This document shows, in pieces, positions 1 to 8,911 of a stretch of DNA of 12,540 bases. Under the pieces are notes generated by a model that searched no databases, had not been told where the DNA came from, and saw nothing but the letters and a program-made list of their open reading frames with translations. Source of the stretch: Selaginella moellendorffii (taxonomy: Eukaryota; Plantae; Lycopodiophyta); assembly GCF_000143415.4 (NCBI RefSeq), contig NW_003314563.1, positions 1 to 12,540 on the forward strand. Reading direction: 5' to 3'. Made by a program: the position numbers and the translations under genes. The number at the start of each line of letters is the position of its first letter. Position 1 is the stretch's first letter.

Positions 1-46
1 AAAAAAAAAAAAAAAAAAAAAAAGAAAAGGAAGGGGGCCAAGGGGG
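1..46. repeat. Poly-A/purine-rich low-complexity start, probably a contig end or low-quality sequence
   Basis: A run of 22 A followed by A/G-rich sequence. Confidence 0.6.
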
Positions 47-96
47 GCAGCACGACGGAGTGCACGCTGCTTGACTATAATTGAAGACAAAGTCCG

Positions 97-121
97 GCTC
101 TACCAGCTGAGCTAGGCCGGC
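97..121 (-). pseudogene. tRNA-Lys 5' fragment (acceptor 5' strand plus D arm)
   Basis: gctctaccagctgagctaggccggc is identical to 10275-10299. The flank 122-153 matches 10300-10342 with small deletions. Confidence 0.9.
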
Positions 122-153
122 TAATATTAATGGTGACATAGCAAGAGCTTTTC

Positions 154-335
154 GGTAATTGAAAGCAGGGATGGTCGCATTAGTTCGAGTGTCAACTCTC
201 GTAAGTTGCTTAGAAAACCTGACATGGTAGATCTTGCAGGCTCAGAGCGTATTGGAGCTGGTGGTGTTCGACTCGAAGACGGGACGCACAAACAAATCCG
301 ACACTTGGAACTGTTATCAGCAAGCTAAGTGACGG
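154..335 (+). pseudogene. Deletion-eroded kinesin-7 fragment (exon 7, intron, exon 8)
   Basis: Aligns to 12303-12540. It retains DLAGSER (gatcttgcaggctcagagcgt) and GTVISKLSDG but carries at least 7 deletions of about 2-19 bp. Confidence 0.92.
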
Positions 336-405
336 TTTTTTGTGTGGAGAAATGTGCACGGCTATCAATCGGGCACTCCAAGATCTACCAGGTACAATGT
401 AGCAG

Positions 406-980
406 TCAAGGATCGGAGCAAGTTCGTCTAGCTCCGTCCGTGAACAAGCTCAAGGTAATTTTCTTCCTTAAGCTACAAATCCAAAGATCTCCAAGGATGC
501 TTGTCAAGTTAAGATTTTTTTCTCTCTCCGATTTGTGTCCCACCCAAAGCTTAAACGCTTCCACAGCGCGTCTTGTCTCGGCCGTGTTGGCCTTCCTGTG
601 CTTGCTGGTGTAGAGATTCGCATAGAGCTCCACGTACAATCGCTTGTACTTGGCCTTGGCTCTCCCCGAGTTGCTTCCCTGCCAATCCATGCAGTCCACC
701 AGAGCGCGAGCTGAGAGTATCCTCCTCGCACGAACGACACCACTGATCGAGGGTTTATCTCTTTGCAGAAGGATGTAGTCCTCAACCTGCATGTCCAAAA
801 ACGTACTTCGTCACAAAATGCTTAGCCATGGAACTGGCCGCGTTGCTTCTCTCGTCTCCATCAAAGGATTCGTAAATGGTGTCCATTTTCCTCGGCCGTG
901 AGAAAATCATAGAAGTCATTTCGTCTTTGTCGTAGATGGGATTCACTCGCTTCTTGATGTCCCTAAGATCACTGCCCCGC
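406..980 (-). pseudogene. Hypothetical ~190-aa coding region, frameshifted in a homopolymer; product unknown
   Basis: ORFs 782-985 and 406-798 join (KYV-LDMQVEDY) if one base is removed from the A5 run at 797-801. An acceptor-like ttgcag precedes CGG GGC. No family recognised. Confidence 0.4.
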
Positions 981-1195
981 TGCAATCAATCAATTGAATC
1001 TGGGAAGTGTGCAACAACCAATCCGGCACAAAAGCACAGCCCCATGCCCCAGTCCACTCTTAGAGCAAACCGGAATTATTTAAAATGAGATATATTTAGC
1101 ATGTAGATTAAGTTTTATACAAAGGCAGGATATAAAACGCAGAAGAAAATCTACTAATTCTGCAATTGTGCAATCATTTTGTAATTTGGAAACAC

Positions 1196-1340
1196 ATGGC
1201 TCAGGTTCAAGGGTAATCAACAGCATCGCAGTTCCAACAATCTGCTTTGGATGGCAACAATACCAACAAGATCAAGCCTGGCCAAGGAGTAAAAACAACA
1301 ACAATAACTTTGCGGCTTCAGCCAGATTGTCAATGTGTGT
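1196..1340 (+). pseudogene. Degenerate CFGW micro-protein (copy A, paralog of 7966-8178)
   Basis: atggctcaggttca, tgctttggatgg (CFGW), caagatcaagcc and tttgcggcttcagccagattgtcaatg (FAASARLSM) match copy D. An early TAA follows the ATG. TATAAAA at 1131-1137 matches 7813-7819. Confidence 0.8.
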
Positions 1341-1349
1341 TATCTGCAC

Positions 1350-1636
1350 ACCTTCAATTCTGCTCAATGACAAATGGTTGATATCTCACGCACCTACAAC
1401 AAGCGCGAGGAGATTTTCCTCTGGGACTACAATGACTATCTGGATAGAGGACTCTCGTTTGATTCTCGGGTTGCTCGCTGTAGTCTTCAATCTGGTCCAA
1501 GGGATACCATGGAGAATAATTTTTTCTCACCTGTTCCGTTTCAGTGAAAACACGCAGCAGCCAGCAAGGCAGCCCGAGCCGATTGACAGAGTCTGCTCAA
1601 CGGTAGTGCGGCCGAGGAGATGATTCGAGAGGACCG
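1350..1636 (+). pseudogene. Diverged remnant of the spliced unknown gene at 8330-8838
   Basis: Shared blocks with 8281-8790: cttcaatt..ctcaatga, tgtagtcttcaatctg, gcagcagcca..aggcagcccgag and gctcaacggt..gattcgagag. Confidence 0.65.
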
Positions 1637-2008
1637 CACAGAATGGCCTTTCTAGAACGTCTATAGATCAAAGATTGCTCCACCTGTTTCACTCTCTCTC
1701 AAGCACTTACATGGCATTTGTATATTTCCACTCCCGTCGGCATCCGTCCGTCAAACGACTGTGGTCTTTTGGCACTCTTTTGACCGGCACACTCCCATTC
1801 GGCTACATTCTTCTTTGACTGGCACACTCCCATTTGACTACATTTTCTCTTGTTGTGGGAGTTCTTGGTGGAGACGGTGCACCTTGGTGCCGGAAGATAG
1901 TTGGAGGATGTAGATGTGTATAAAACCAAATGGGCTTTTCTGGTAGCTCTTGATTGTTTCAAATCGGCAACTCATAACATGTGATTTAGCATTGAAAGAT
2001 TTCTACAG

Positions 2009-3069
2009 GTGAGAAGGCTCACTAGCACCACATTTTGGCACCTCAACAAGCTGTCCATGAAATCGGTAAGCTCTCCCAGCCTTGTCTGGTCATGCTCGAC
2101 ATGTCGGACAGCTCATGATCGCTGGAGCGCAGGAGGAGCAACTCTTCGCAATTCCTCCATAAAGAGGCCGACTTTCGCATGCGCTATGGCTTGATAGAGA
2201 TCAAGCATCAGATGCCTAGGTTTGCTGCCGTGGAGATCTCAGGCGAAACTCTTCATTGCGTCAACAAGCTCATCGCCAACGATGTGGCCTACTCGACTGC
2301 GTTCCAAGGTGATTGCAAAGGAGAGATGCAGGTCGCACCGATACTGGACAGGATGCTACGGAACCTTGGCCGCTTTACAAGGCCCCGCGAACTTGAAAAG
2401 GAGCCCCCGTCATCGCCATCTGACAAAAAAGCGGACTTTGTGCTCCAGTATGAGGCTGACAAGGAAGACACGTGACCCTGGTTGACGCGGAAAACCTTCC
2501 CATACGTGTACACTAAACGCTACACGCTTCGTGGCCTGCGGCTCAAGGTGACGTTGGATTTCAAACGCAACGCCGGCGTTGAGAATCTCTACCAGCCAGC
2601 TATGTACACCATACAGGAACTCCTGGAGACAGCAGCGCGTCCGAAGAGCTACAGACCGCCAGTGACCATCATGGTAAGAATAGTTAGTCACTTGGATCAT
2701 GAGCATATCGTCTTCTAGGCCGGTGACAAGGATGACTGGTATTACGGAATCCTGGAAATAGATGGTTTCGTTTGGGTGGAGAACCATCAGATTGATCAGG
2801 CCAGCTTCCAAGGTAAATGACTGCAAAAACGGCTACCCGTCTAGCTATTTGTGGTCGTGTGCGCAGAGTTCCCGGAAGAAAAGATGGAGGTGAATCCGAA
2901 GAAATTCACTCCAAGCTTCACCCGCGCCGAATTACAGAACAACTTCGAAACGTGGAAGAAGGACTTTGCTAAGATCAAGATGAGAATCCCCAATGGGCAC
3001 CAAGCGGCAAAAGCTAATGGACCGTTAGGAATAGGGCAATCCTTACTCTACATTATGCCCTTAGTTTGA
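2009..3069 (+). pseudogene. Spliced pseudogene with a putative PD-(D/E)XK restriction-endonuclease-like domain
   Basis: GT-AG introns at 2066-2111, 2674-2718 and 2813-2866; the last two keep the frame. There is an in-frame TGA at 2473-2475 and a probable frameshift near 2150. Motif order: GEMQVAPIL...KADFVL...PYVYTKR...QPAMY...VTIMAGDKDDWYY. Confidence 0.6.
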
Positions 3070-3344
3070 TCTGTTGCTTGGTGCTGGATGGTTTTGGTCG
3101 CGCTAATTGGAGAGCGCGATGGTGCCTAGCAGAAGAAATCCAACGCAATATCAGTGCACATTATGTCTCTTGTTGAGAAGAAATGATTTTAACTTTTTCA
3201 CCGTGATCTTTCATGAGTTTTGTTTTCAGCAAAGCAATTTTGTTTCTATGCGTAGATTGGACTAACTATAGCCAAATTTGCACAAGCTACGTTAAAGAAA
3301 CACAAACCGTATTAAAGATAAGACATCTTAGAAATTTTAAAATC

Positions 3345-3484
3345 AGAGAGGTACGCCAGCCCTCAAATTACAACGTCCACTCCTCCACTTTGGGAAGATG
3401 GTAGGCCGGCCAAGCCGTAGTGCAATGGGAAAGCCAAACCTAGGCCATTGGCCTTCATAATCACCAATAAACCCCACCCAGGTA
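3345..3484 (-). pseudogene. U1: U1 snRNA pseudogene
   Basis: Near-identical to 8945-9067 over about 120 bp. It lacks the 5' ATACT, the Sm site is truncated (AATTTG-AGGG), SL4 is broken and the USE is deleted. The TATA is retained at 3496-3502. Confidence 0.92.
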
Positions 3485-3589
3485 CAGGCCCTATCTTATA
3501 TAGATAGGGCAAAGATCCGGTCTTTTGGTCAAAGACCTAATCAAACGGTCAACATCTTGACCGCTTTAGTCCATGCCCCGTCGCTTCCG

Positions 3590-4215
3590 TCAACGGAACG
3601 TCAAGGAGTGCCGGTGGCCCGGCATGGCCACGAACGGTATCGCATTATCTCGTAGGGTTTGTTCCTCGTCAGCAGTGTGAGCAGCGCAGTAGTGCTCCAC
3701 GCTCAGCCCCATGTCGCGGAGTTCTACTGGAGCCGAGAATGCCGTAAGAACTGCTGAGAGGACCATGGTGCACGCGTCCATGATCGACGTCCAGGTGATG
3801 GTGTGCCTACACCATGTTGCATGCTTCAACAGTCACTCAGATCAAATTGTCAAATGCTGTACGGCCTCCGTGGTCTCCGTACCCCCTACTCACCGTGTCG
3901 TCTCGGGCATCAAGTTGGCGACCTTGATGCACTTGGCAAGAAGACTTGGCAGCGATGGAATCCGATGGTGGCAATGAGCAGCAGGCTGCGGCATCCAGTT
4001 GTAGATCTCGCTCGCCTCCGCCACCTTGCCATAGCCGGCGTAGGCCGCCATCATCTGGATCCACCACCAGGACTTTGCCCGAGGGAGAGACAAGAACATC
4101 CGCCTGGCGTCCTCCAAATGCACGTGGGCCTCGAAGATCACCCGGTATGCCACCTCGTTCCTTGGGTGGCAAATGGCACCCCAGTTTCCAAATGCCGCGT
4201 CGCAGAATATCTGCC
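3590..4215 (-). pseudogene. PLS-class pentatricopeptide repeat (PPR) pseudogene, copy 1
   Basis: Fragments HLEDARRMFLSLP, WIQMMAAYAGYGKVAEASEIYNWMP, TITWTSIMDA, VLTAFS, SVEHYC and IPFVA lie across shifted frames. Paralogous to 9750-10185. Confidence 0.8.
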
Positions 4216-4320
4216 TCACTTGCATCACTCGCAAAATGCATCCCCATTTTTTTAAGAGATAACTAAATGATTTTCATCACTCGCAAAACCTTTCTCACTC
4301 AATTCAAATATTAAAATGGT

Positions 4321-5110
4321 TACGTTTGGAAAAGTGATTGAAGTGTTCACTACTGTTGATCTTCTTGGCCAAACGTTATTGCACAAAATTGCAATCTCCT
4401 TAAGCATGCTATTCTTGAGAAGTAGTCAAGCCCAACTCATATATGCCTTCAACAATTAGTGCACACGAGCCTAAAGTTAAGGAATCAGCCTCAATGTTGT
4501 AGCATGGGTCTTACCATTCCCCTTAGTGTTGCCTATGTCACACATGAATGAGCTCTTCACCAACACCATGCAAACTTGCATCCAAATACAAGCTCCACCA
4601 TTCATGGAATTGGTAAAGGTGTTTGTTGAAACTGGGACTATAATCAGGAAGATGAGCATGAAGTGAGGGGTTAGACACCATTAACCTGGGACCATCTATA
4701 GAGAAGTTGCTATGGTTTGTTCTTTTGCTAAAGGAAAGTGCTTTTCATTGCAACATGAGCAGTCAGTAGAATAACATTCATAATGATTTTTTATCTTTAG
4801 CCTAGTTTGTGCAAATCTTTGTGAACATCTTCCTCTAAGGTGTTAAAAGACCTAGATTGCAAATCAATGGCAAGGAAGGATATACTCAATTGGCTGCATT
4901 GGGGGCACGACTCCAGATGCTATACATCCACAGCTTCACAAAGGCATTTGTTGTCAAGAACACCATGTTAAAGACGATAGTGTGCAAGAGAATGAAAATT
5001 TGGTTCTTTTGTCATGTGTGATAAGAGCAAGAGGTGAGAACATTTTGCTCTAGAGAAGCTACATTTGGTTTGCAACATGTTGAATGCATGGGATGTCTAT
5101 GGGCCCAGGA
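4321..5110. mobile_element. Candidate old transposon relic (CpG-depleted, TG/CA-rich); family not identified
   Basis: Only about 5 CpG in ~780 bp, against CpG-rich flanks. No convincing ORF, TIR or LTR was found. Confidence 0.3.
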
Positions 5111-5402
5111 ATCAATTCGGCACTTTCCCCTAAACTCGGAGCTATGAAGAAATGGAAGAGCTTGTGTTCATTGAAGACATAGATGGGGCAGAGGGTCATG
5201 AATTTTACCTTTTCTGATGGTAGAGTGGACGTAGATTCTGCGGGTGTTCTCGGCTAACTCCATCTCTGTGAAGTGCGAGGAGCCACCAACCGTCCGATGG
5301 AGAACTCTTGAACCAAGAAAAGAAGATGGTCTCAGCAAAGTGAAATTTCGGGCTGGATCTTCCAATGTCATTCGTCCCACGAGAGGTATGCTACTTTCTT
5401 TT

Positions 5403-6213
5403 GGGATGGCTCAATGTGAGTGCTCTCGCCAGTGGGAATAGTCGCGCTGAACCCCTCGCAATTTGCTGCAGCTCTTAGATGCTCGCCGGTTTGGATGCCG
5501 GGAAAAAGCCTCAGTAAGTGTTGTGTTGTTGCCTGCTGCTGGATGGTTTCTCACTCCGTTATTCTTCCTCTCAGCTGTGAGCATCGCGGTGGATGCCTGG
5601 AGGCTGGCCTTAACCGGGCGTTTCAGGCTGATCGACCAGTGGTGCGAGTTTGTGCGAATGCACCATCGCCATGGTATTACCGAAGATACCTGGCGACAAG
5701 TCCTGGAGTTTAGTAGGGTGGTGCACGAGGATTTGAGCAATAACGATTCAGAAGGTAGAGAAAACTTCGCCCTTCGCGTGCTCTGGTCTAACTAACGTAG
5801 CTGCCGCTCCAGGTGCTTGGCCTGTTCTTGTCGACGAGTTTGTGGATCACATGTACAGGTAACACCCGATAGTTCCCTTGCTGGAAAAGAATGGCCGTCC
5901 TCACAAAATCCTCCTGCTTTCAGAAGCTCGTCATGCTCTTGCATTGCGGAAGCCTGCGCTTGCGATCCGAGTGCAGTGCTGAGCTCTTCGGAAGTTTTGG
6001 ATGCTACCTCTCAATTGAACCGAGCGAATACACTACCAGGCAAGAAAACTCGCTCCCACTATGATGTCTACAGATCTATCTCTCTTCACAGGTATGGCTG
6101 CTACCGCCGGTAGTAAGAGGCGGAGGAAAGACACGAACGACGAGGTGTCTTTGTCGCGGCATTTGAAGCGTCTACTGCTGGAGAAACCTCTGCTCATGTC
6201 CGGTGGGTTTTGA
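5403..6213 (+). pseudogene. AAR3: 5'-truncated, frameshifted DCN1-like (AAR3-type) cullin-neddylation gene
   Basis: Exons 5472-5513, 5575-5754, 5813-5858, 5924-6039 and 6092-6213 give AWRLALTGRFRLIDQWCEFV...ITEDTWRQVLEFSRVVHEDL...EGAWPVLVDEFVDHMY...LPG..SKRRRK. The usual FYDFVFF and GQ residues around CRE..KSL are missing, and exon phase is broken at 5513/5575. Confidence 0.85.
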
Positions 6214-6461
6214 CAGATGAGAGCTTTGTAGTAGAGAAAATCTTTTCAATGTATAGTGGTGCCCGAGCGAGCGATGATTCTTTTTCCGCATAACATTCTT
6301 GTGACCGAGAAACACGTGACAATAATATTAATTCTTACTTGTGATCTAGACTCTATTCAAGTCAAAGTCTGGAGTCCTAACAACTCTCTATATTTCTTGG
6401 CTAGCAAGTTAGGACGAAGTATATAATGTGTGCCCTGAGAATTTCTTTCATTTGTTTTGGA

Positions 6462-6686
6462 ATGGCAGCAGGTGGAAACAGCATCAAGATGGACGAGCAA
6501 CAAGAGGTTGCAAAGGTCGATTGTTTTGGATGGATGAGCCAATGGAAATTCAAAGTAGCAAGCAAGGTGGAGAATTCGCAAGATTGGAGCAAGACTATGG
6601 AAAGCAGCAGTGAGTCAAAGAAAAAGAAAAAGGATGCAATTGTCGTGCCTCACTTCTCTTCCTCGCCAAGACTTCCACTCCTGTAA
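6462..6686 (+). CDS. 74-aa micro-protein (copy B), CFGW ... DAIVVPHFSSSPRLPLL
   Basis: Intact ATG-TAA frame with TATATAA at 6420-6426. Two motifs are shared with the diverged paralog at 7966-8178. Confidence 0.7.
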   Translation: MAAGGNSIKMDEQQEVAKVDCFGWMSQWKFKVASKVENSQDWSKTMESSSESKKKKKDAIVVPHFSSSPRLPLL

Positions 6687-6806
6687 TAGTAGAGAAAAGC
6701 TTCCAAATTGTTTGTTCTCCCTCCAAATATCTTCTCTGTTTTAAGATCTGGTACTCAGGATAAGTTGGTCAAGCTAGGATGAATGAGCAGCATCGTATCC
6801 ATTTCC

Positions 6807-7003
6807 AGGACACTTCGTTTGCATGCCGAGTCATTTCTTGGTTTGCACGGAAAGTTTTTTGGACAAGGATTGAAATCAGGAATTCGCAGCAACAGAGCGT
6901 AGAAAATCTAATTCAGCCTTCACGCACGAAGACTATATCCTTTCTTCTCTCCAATTTGTGACTGGCTCAATGGAGTTAGTGCTTTGGATGGAGGAGTAGT
7001 CAA
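6807..7003 (+). pseudogene. Eroded copy (E) of the promoter and 5' part of micro-protein D
   Basis: aggacacttc.tttgcatgccgagtc, gtagaaaat.taattc, tggctcaa and tttggatggaggagtag match 7741-8050. The ATG is lost. Confidence 0.8.
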
Positions 7004-7029
7004 CCCACAATCTGAGTCCTGTTGATTGC

Positions 7030-7216
7030 CCTCACAATATCCAGAAGCTCGTCGTGCTCTTGCATCGCGGAAGCCTTCCGAGTGCCGTGATGAGCTCTTC
7101 GGAAGTTTTGGATGCTACCTACCGAGAGGCAGAGGAAAGACACGAGCGACGAGGTGTCTTTGTCGCGGCATTTGAAGCGTCTACTACTAGAGAAACCTCT
7201 GCTCATGGGTTTTGAT
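7030..7216 (+). pseudogene. Second, eroded copy of the AAR3-like 3' exons
   Basis: Matches 5900-6213, for example gagctcttcggaagttttggatgctacct and gacgaggtgtctttgtcgcggcatttgaagcgtctact, with internal deletions. Confidence 0.9.
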
Positions 7217-7303
7217 AACAAGACAATAATATGAAGCGAATTTTTTTTTTGCACTGTTGTAATCGAGACTCTATTCAAATACAAAACGATCATTGATTTT
7301 GGA

Positions 7304-7457
7304 ATGGCAGCAGGAGTTCAAGGTGGAAACACGGACGAGCAACAAGAGGTTGCAACGAGACAATGGAAATTGAAAGAAGTAGCAAGCAATGTGAGCAAGA
7401 CTATGAAAAGTAGCAGTGAGATGCAATTGTCACTTCTCTAGACTTCCACTCCTGTAA
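7304..7457 (+). pseudogene. Deletion-shortened copy (C) of micro-protein B; residual 45-aa ORF at 7304-7441
   Basis: Reads MAAGVQGGNTDEQQEVATRQWKLKEVASNVSKTMKSSSEMQLSLL*. CFGW is deleted and the C-terminal motif is frameshifted. The tail agacttccactcctgtaatag is identical to copy B. Confidence 0.85.
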
Positions 7458-7675
7458 TAGGCTTCTACATTTTTTATTTTTTGTAATGAAAATAAATCTG
7501 TCATCTTGAACATCTGAATCTGTTCTAAATTTTGGTAGTCCATTTCGTGTGAGGGATGTGATCCTCCCAAAAGCATGGAAATTTAAGATATCTCGATTGA
7601 ATACTGGACGTTAATCTTTTCAATCACATTAAAATTCCAATTAAAACTGCACGTGATAATTTTGCCCTTTGAAAC

Positions 7676-7731
7676 TTTCAAGATATGTCTGGTAAAGCAT
7701 AAGTTTCAAAGATATGTCTGGTAAAGCATAA
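7676..7731. repeat. Tandem duplication, 29-bp period
   Basis: aagatatgtctggtaaagcataa at 7680-7702 and 7709-7731. Confidence 0.9.
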
Positions 7732-7965
7732 CATCACATCAGGACACTTCATTTGCATGCCGAGTCTTTTGCATGCCGTGGTGTGCAAGGAAAGTCTCGT
7801 GGAAAGCCGGGATATAAAACACAGAGGATGGGAAGCTTCAGTGTCAAGAACTCGTAGCGACACAGTGTAGAAAATATAATTCCAGGCTCCAGGCACCAGG
7901 CACCAAGTCCATAGCAATTCTGCAAATTCTTCATTGTCGATTCTCCATTTTGTGATTGGAAACCC

Positions 7966-8178
7966 ATGGCTCAAGTTCATGCTGCGGAGTTGAAGGGCAA
8001 TCTCAGTCCTAACAAGCGCATGGGCTGTTTTGGATGGAGGAGTAGCAGCAACAAGACCAGCAAGATCAAGCCCAAGAAGAATGCCCAAGTCTCAGATGGG
8101 AAGATCAAGGAGAGAAAACAAGAACAACCAATAATTGTTCCATACTTTGCGGCTTCAGCCAAATTGTCAATGCTGTGA
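7966..8178 (+). CDS. 70-aa micro-protein (copy D), MGCFGW ... PIIVPYFAASAKLSML
   Basis: Intact ORF with a good start context (ccATGG) and TATAAAA at 7813-7819. Motifs are shared with copy B. Confidence 0.7.
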   Translation: MAQVHAAELKGNLSPNKRMGCFGWRSSSNKTSKIKPKKNAQVSDGKIKERKQEQPIIVPYFAASAKLSML

Positions 8179-8329
8179 CATGGATTTGCACAGATTCAAG
8201 ATGTTTTCCTTTTCGTCTTGAAGAAGCGAACTTGTAATATATTTTGTTGTTTCATGAATTGAAATCAGTCAAAAAAATCTCTTCAATTCATTCTCAATGA
8301 TCACAAAAATGCTTGTTATCACTTCGCAG

Positions 8330-8838
8330 AAGAACTGAGAATGTGGAAAACTTCAGGTTTTAGGACATCAGTGACATTCTCTCAGCCGCTCACTCACTTT
8401 GCCTTGTAGTCTTCAATCTGAGGCGAAGATCAAGGCGTATAGTGAGGAAAACTACGAGCAAATCCTCGCATCCAGAGCCCGCAAGGTAAGGCGTGTTTTC
8501 GAGGAGAAACAAATCCTTACTCTCTCTCTCTGTCTCACATACACACACAGGCTGTGGAGACTAGCACCGCTCTCCAGCAAGAGCAAGGCTTCACTGAAAC
8601 GAGAGAAGCCGTAGAACAACGAGAAATTCTTTTCAATGGCAGCGAGAATTTGGATAAAAAACAGGGACCTTCTGGAGCGTACGCGCCGGCAGTGGCGGGT
8701 ATGTTGATGCAGCAGCCAACGAGGCAGCCCGAGATTGGCTCAACGGTGGATCCAGAGGCGCAGAGGATTCGAGAGTTGCGAGCCGCCATCGCCGGCAGGA
8801 CAAGCGATCGCTGCTCAATGGATGAAGCAGCAAGCTGA
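8330..8838 (+). CDS. Three spliced exons of an unknown gene, probably 5'-truncated
   Basis: GT-AG introns at 8357-8409 and 8486-8550 join RTENVENF-SLQSEAK...RARK-AVETSTAL...DEAAS* in frame. No clear start exon. Confidence 0.4.
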
Positions 8839-8911
8839 TGGTTCTAGCTTAATCAACTGTAAGTTGGACACGATATTGATCCATTAGATCCATCTTAGGC
8901 CTTAAAATTTG

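Noticed and set aside
1-30. Poly-A as a retroposon or mRNA tail
   Set aside because: It sits at the window edge with no visible element body or TSD. The neighbouring kinesin relic retains intron sequence, so it is not a retrocopy.
97-153. tRNA fragment as a SINE head or an att-like integration site
   Set aside because: The flank and the downstream kinesin are co-duplicated, so segmental duplication explains it.
1168-1623. 151-aa ORF as a real gene
   Set aside because: It has a non-ATG start and is a chance read-through across the micro-protein A relic and the unknown-gene relic.
1699-1835. Minus-strand MGVCQSKK myristoylation-like small ORF
   Set aside because: It arises within a ~21-bp direct repeat (tttgacyggcacactcccatt, twice) and has no other coding support.
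3711-4266. Several overlapping plus-strand ORFs (also 9601-10288 and 10355-10891)
   Set aside because: These are antisense shadows of GC-rich PPR and PGG-like sequence or of the tRNA.
4655-4680. agtgagggg as an LTR polypurine tract
   Set aside because: It is not followed by TG, and no RT, RNase H or integrase motifs were recognised upstream.
5130-5400. Possible AAR3 5' exons or a separate gene
   Set aside because: No similarity to the AAR3 N-terminus was recognised and the frames contain stops.
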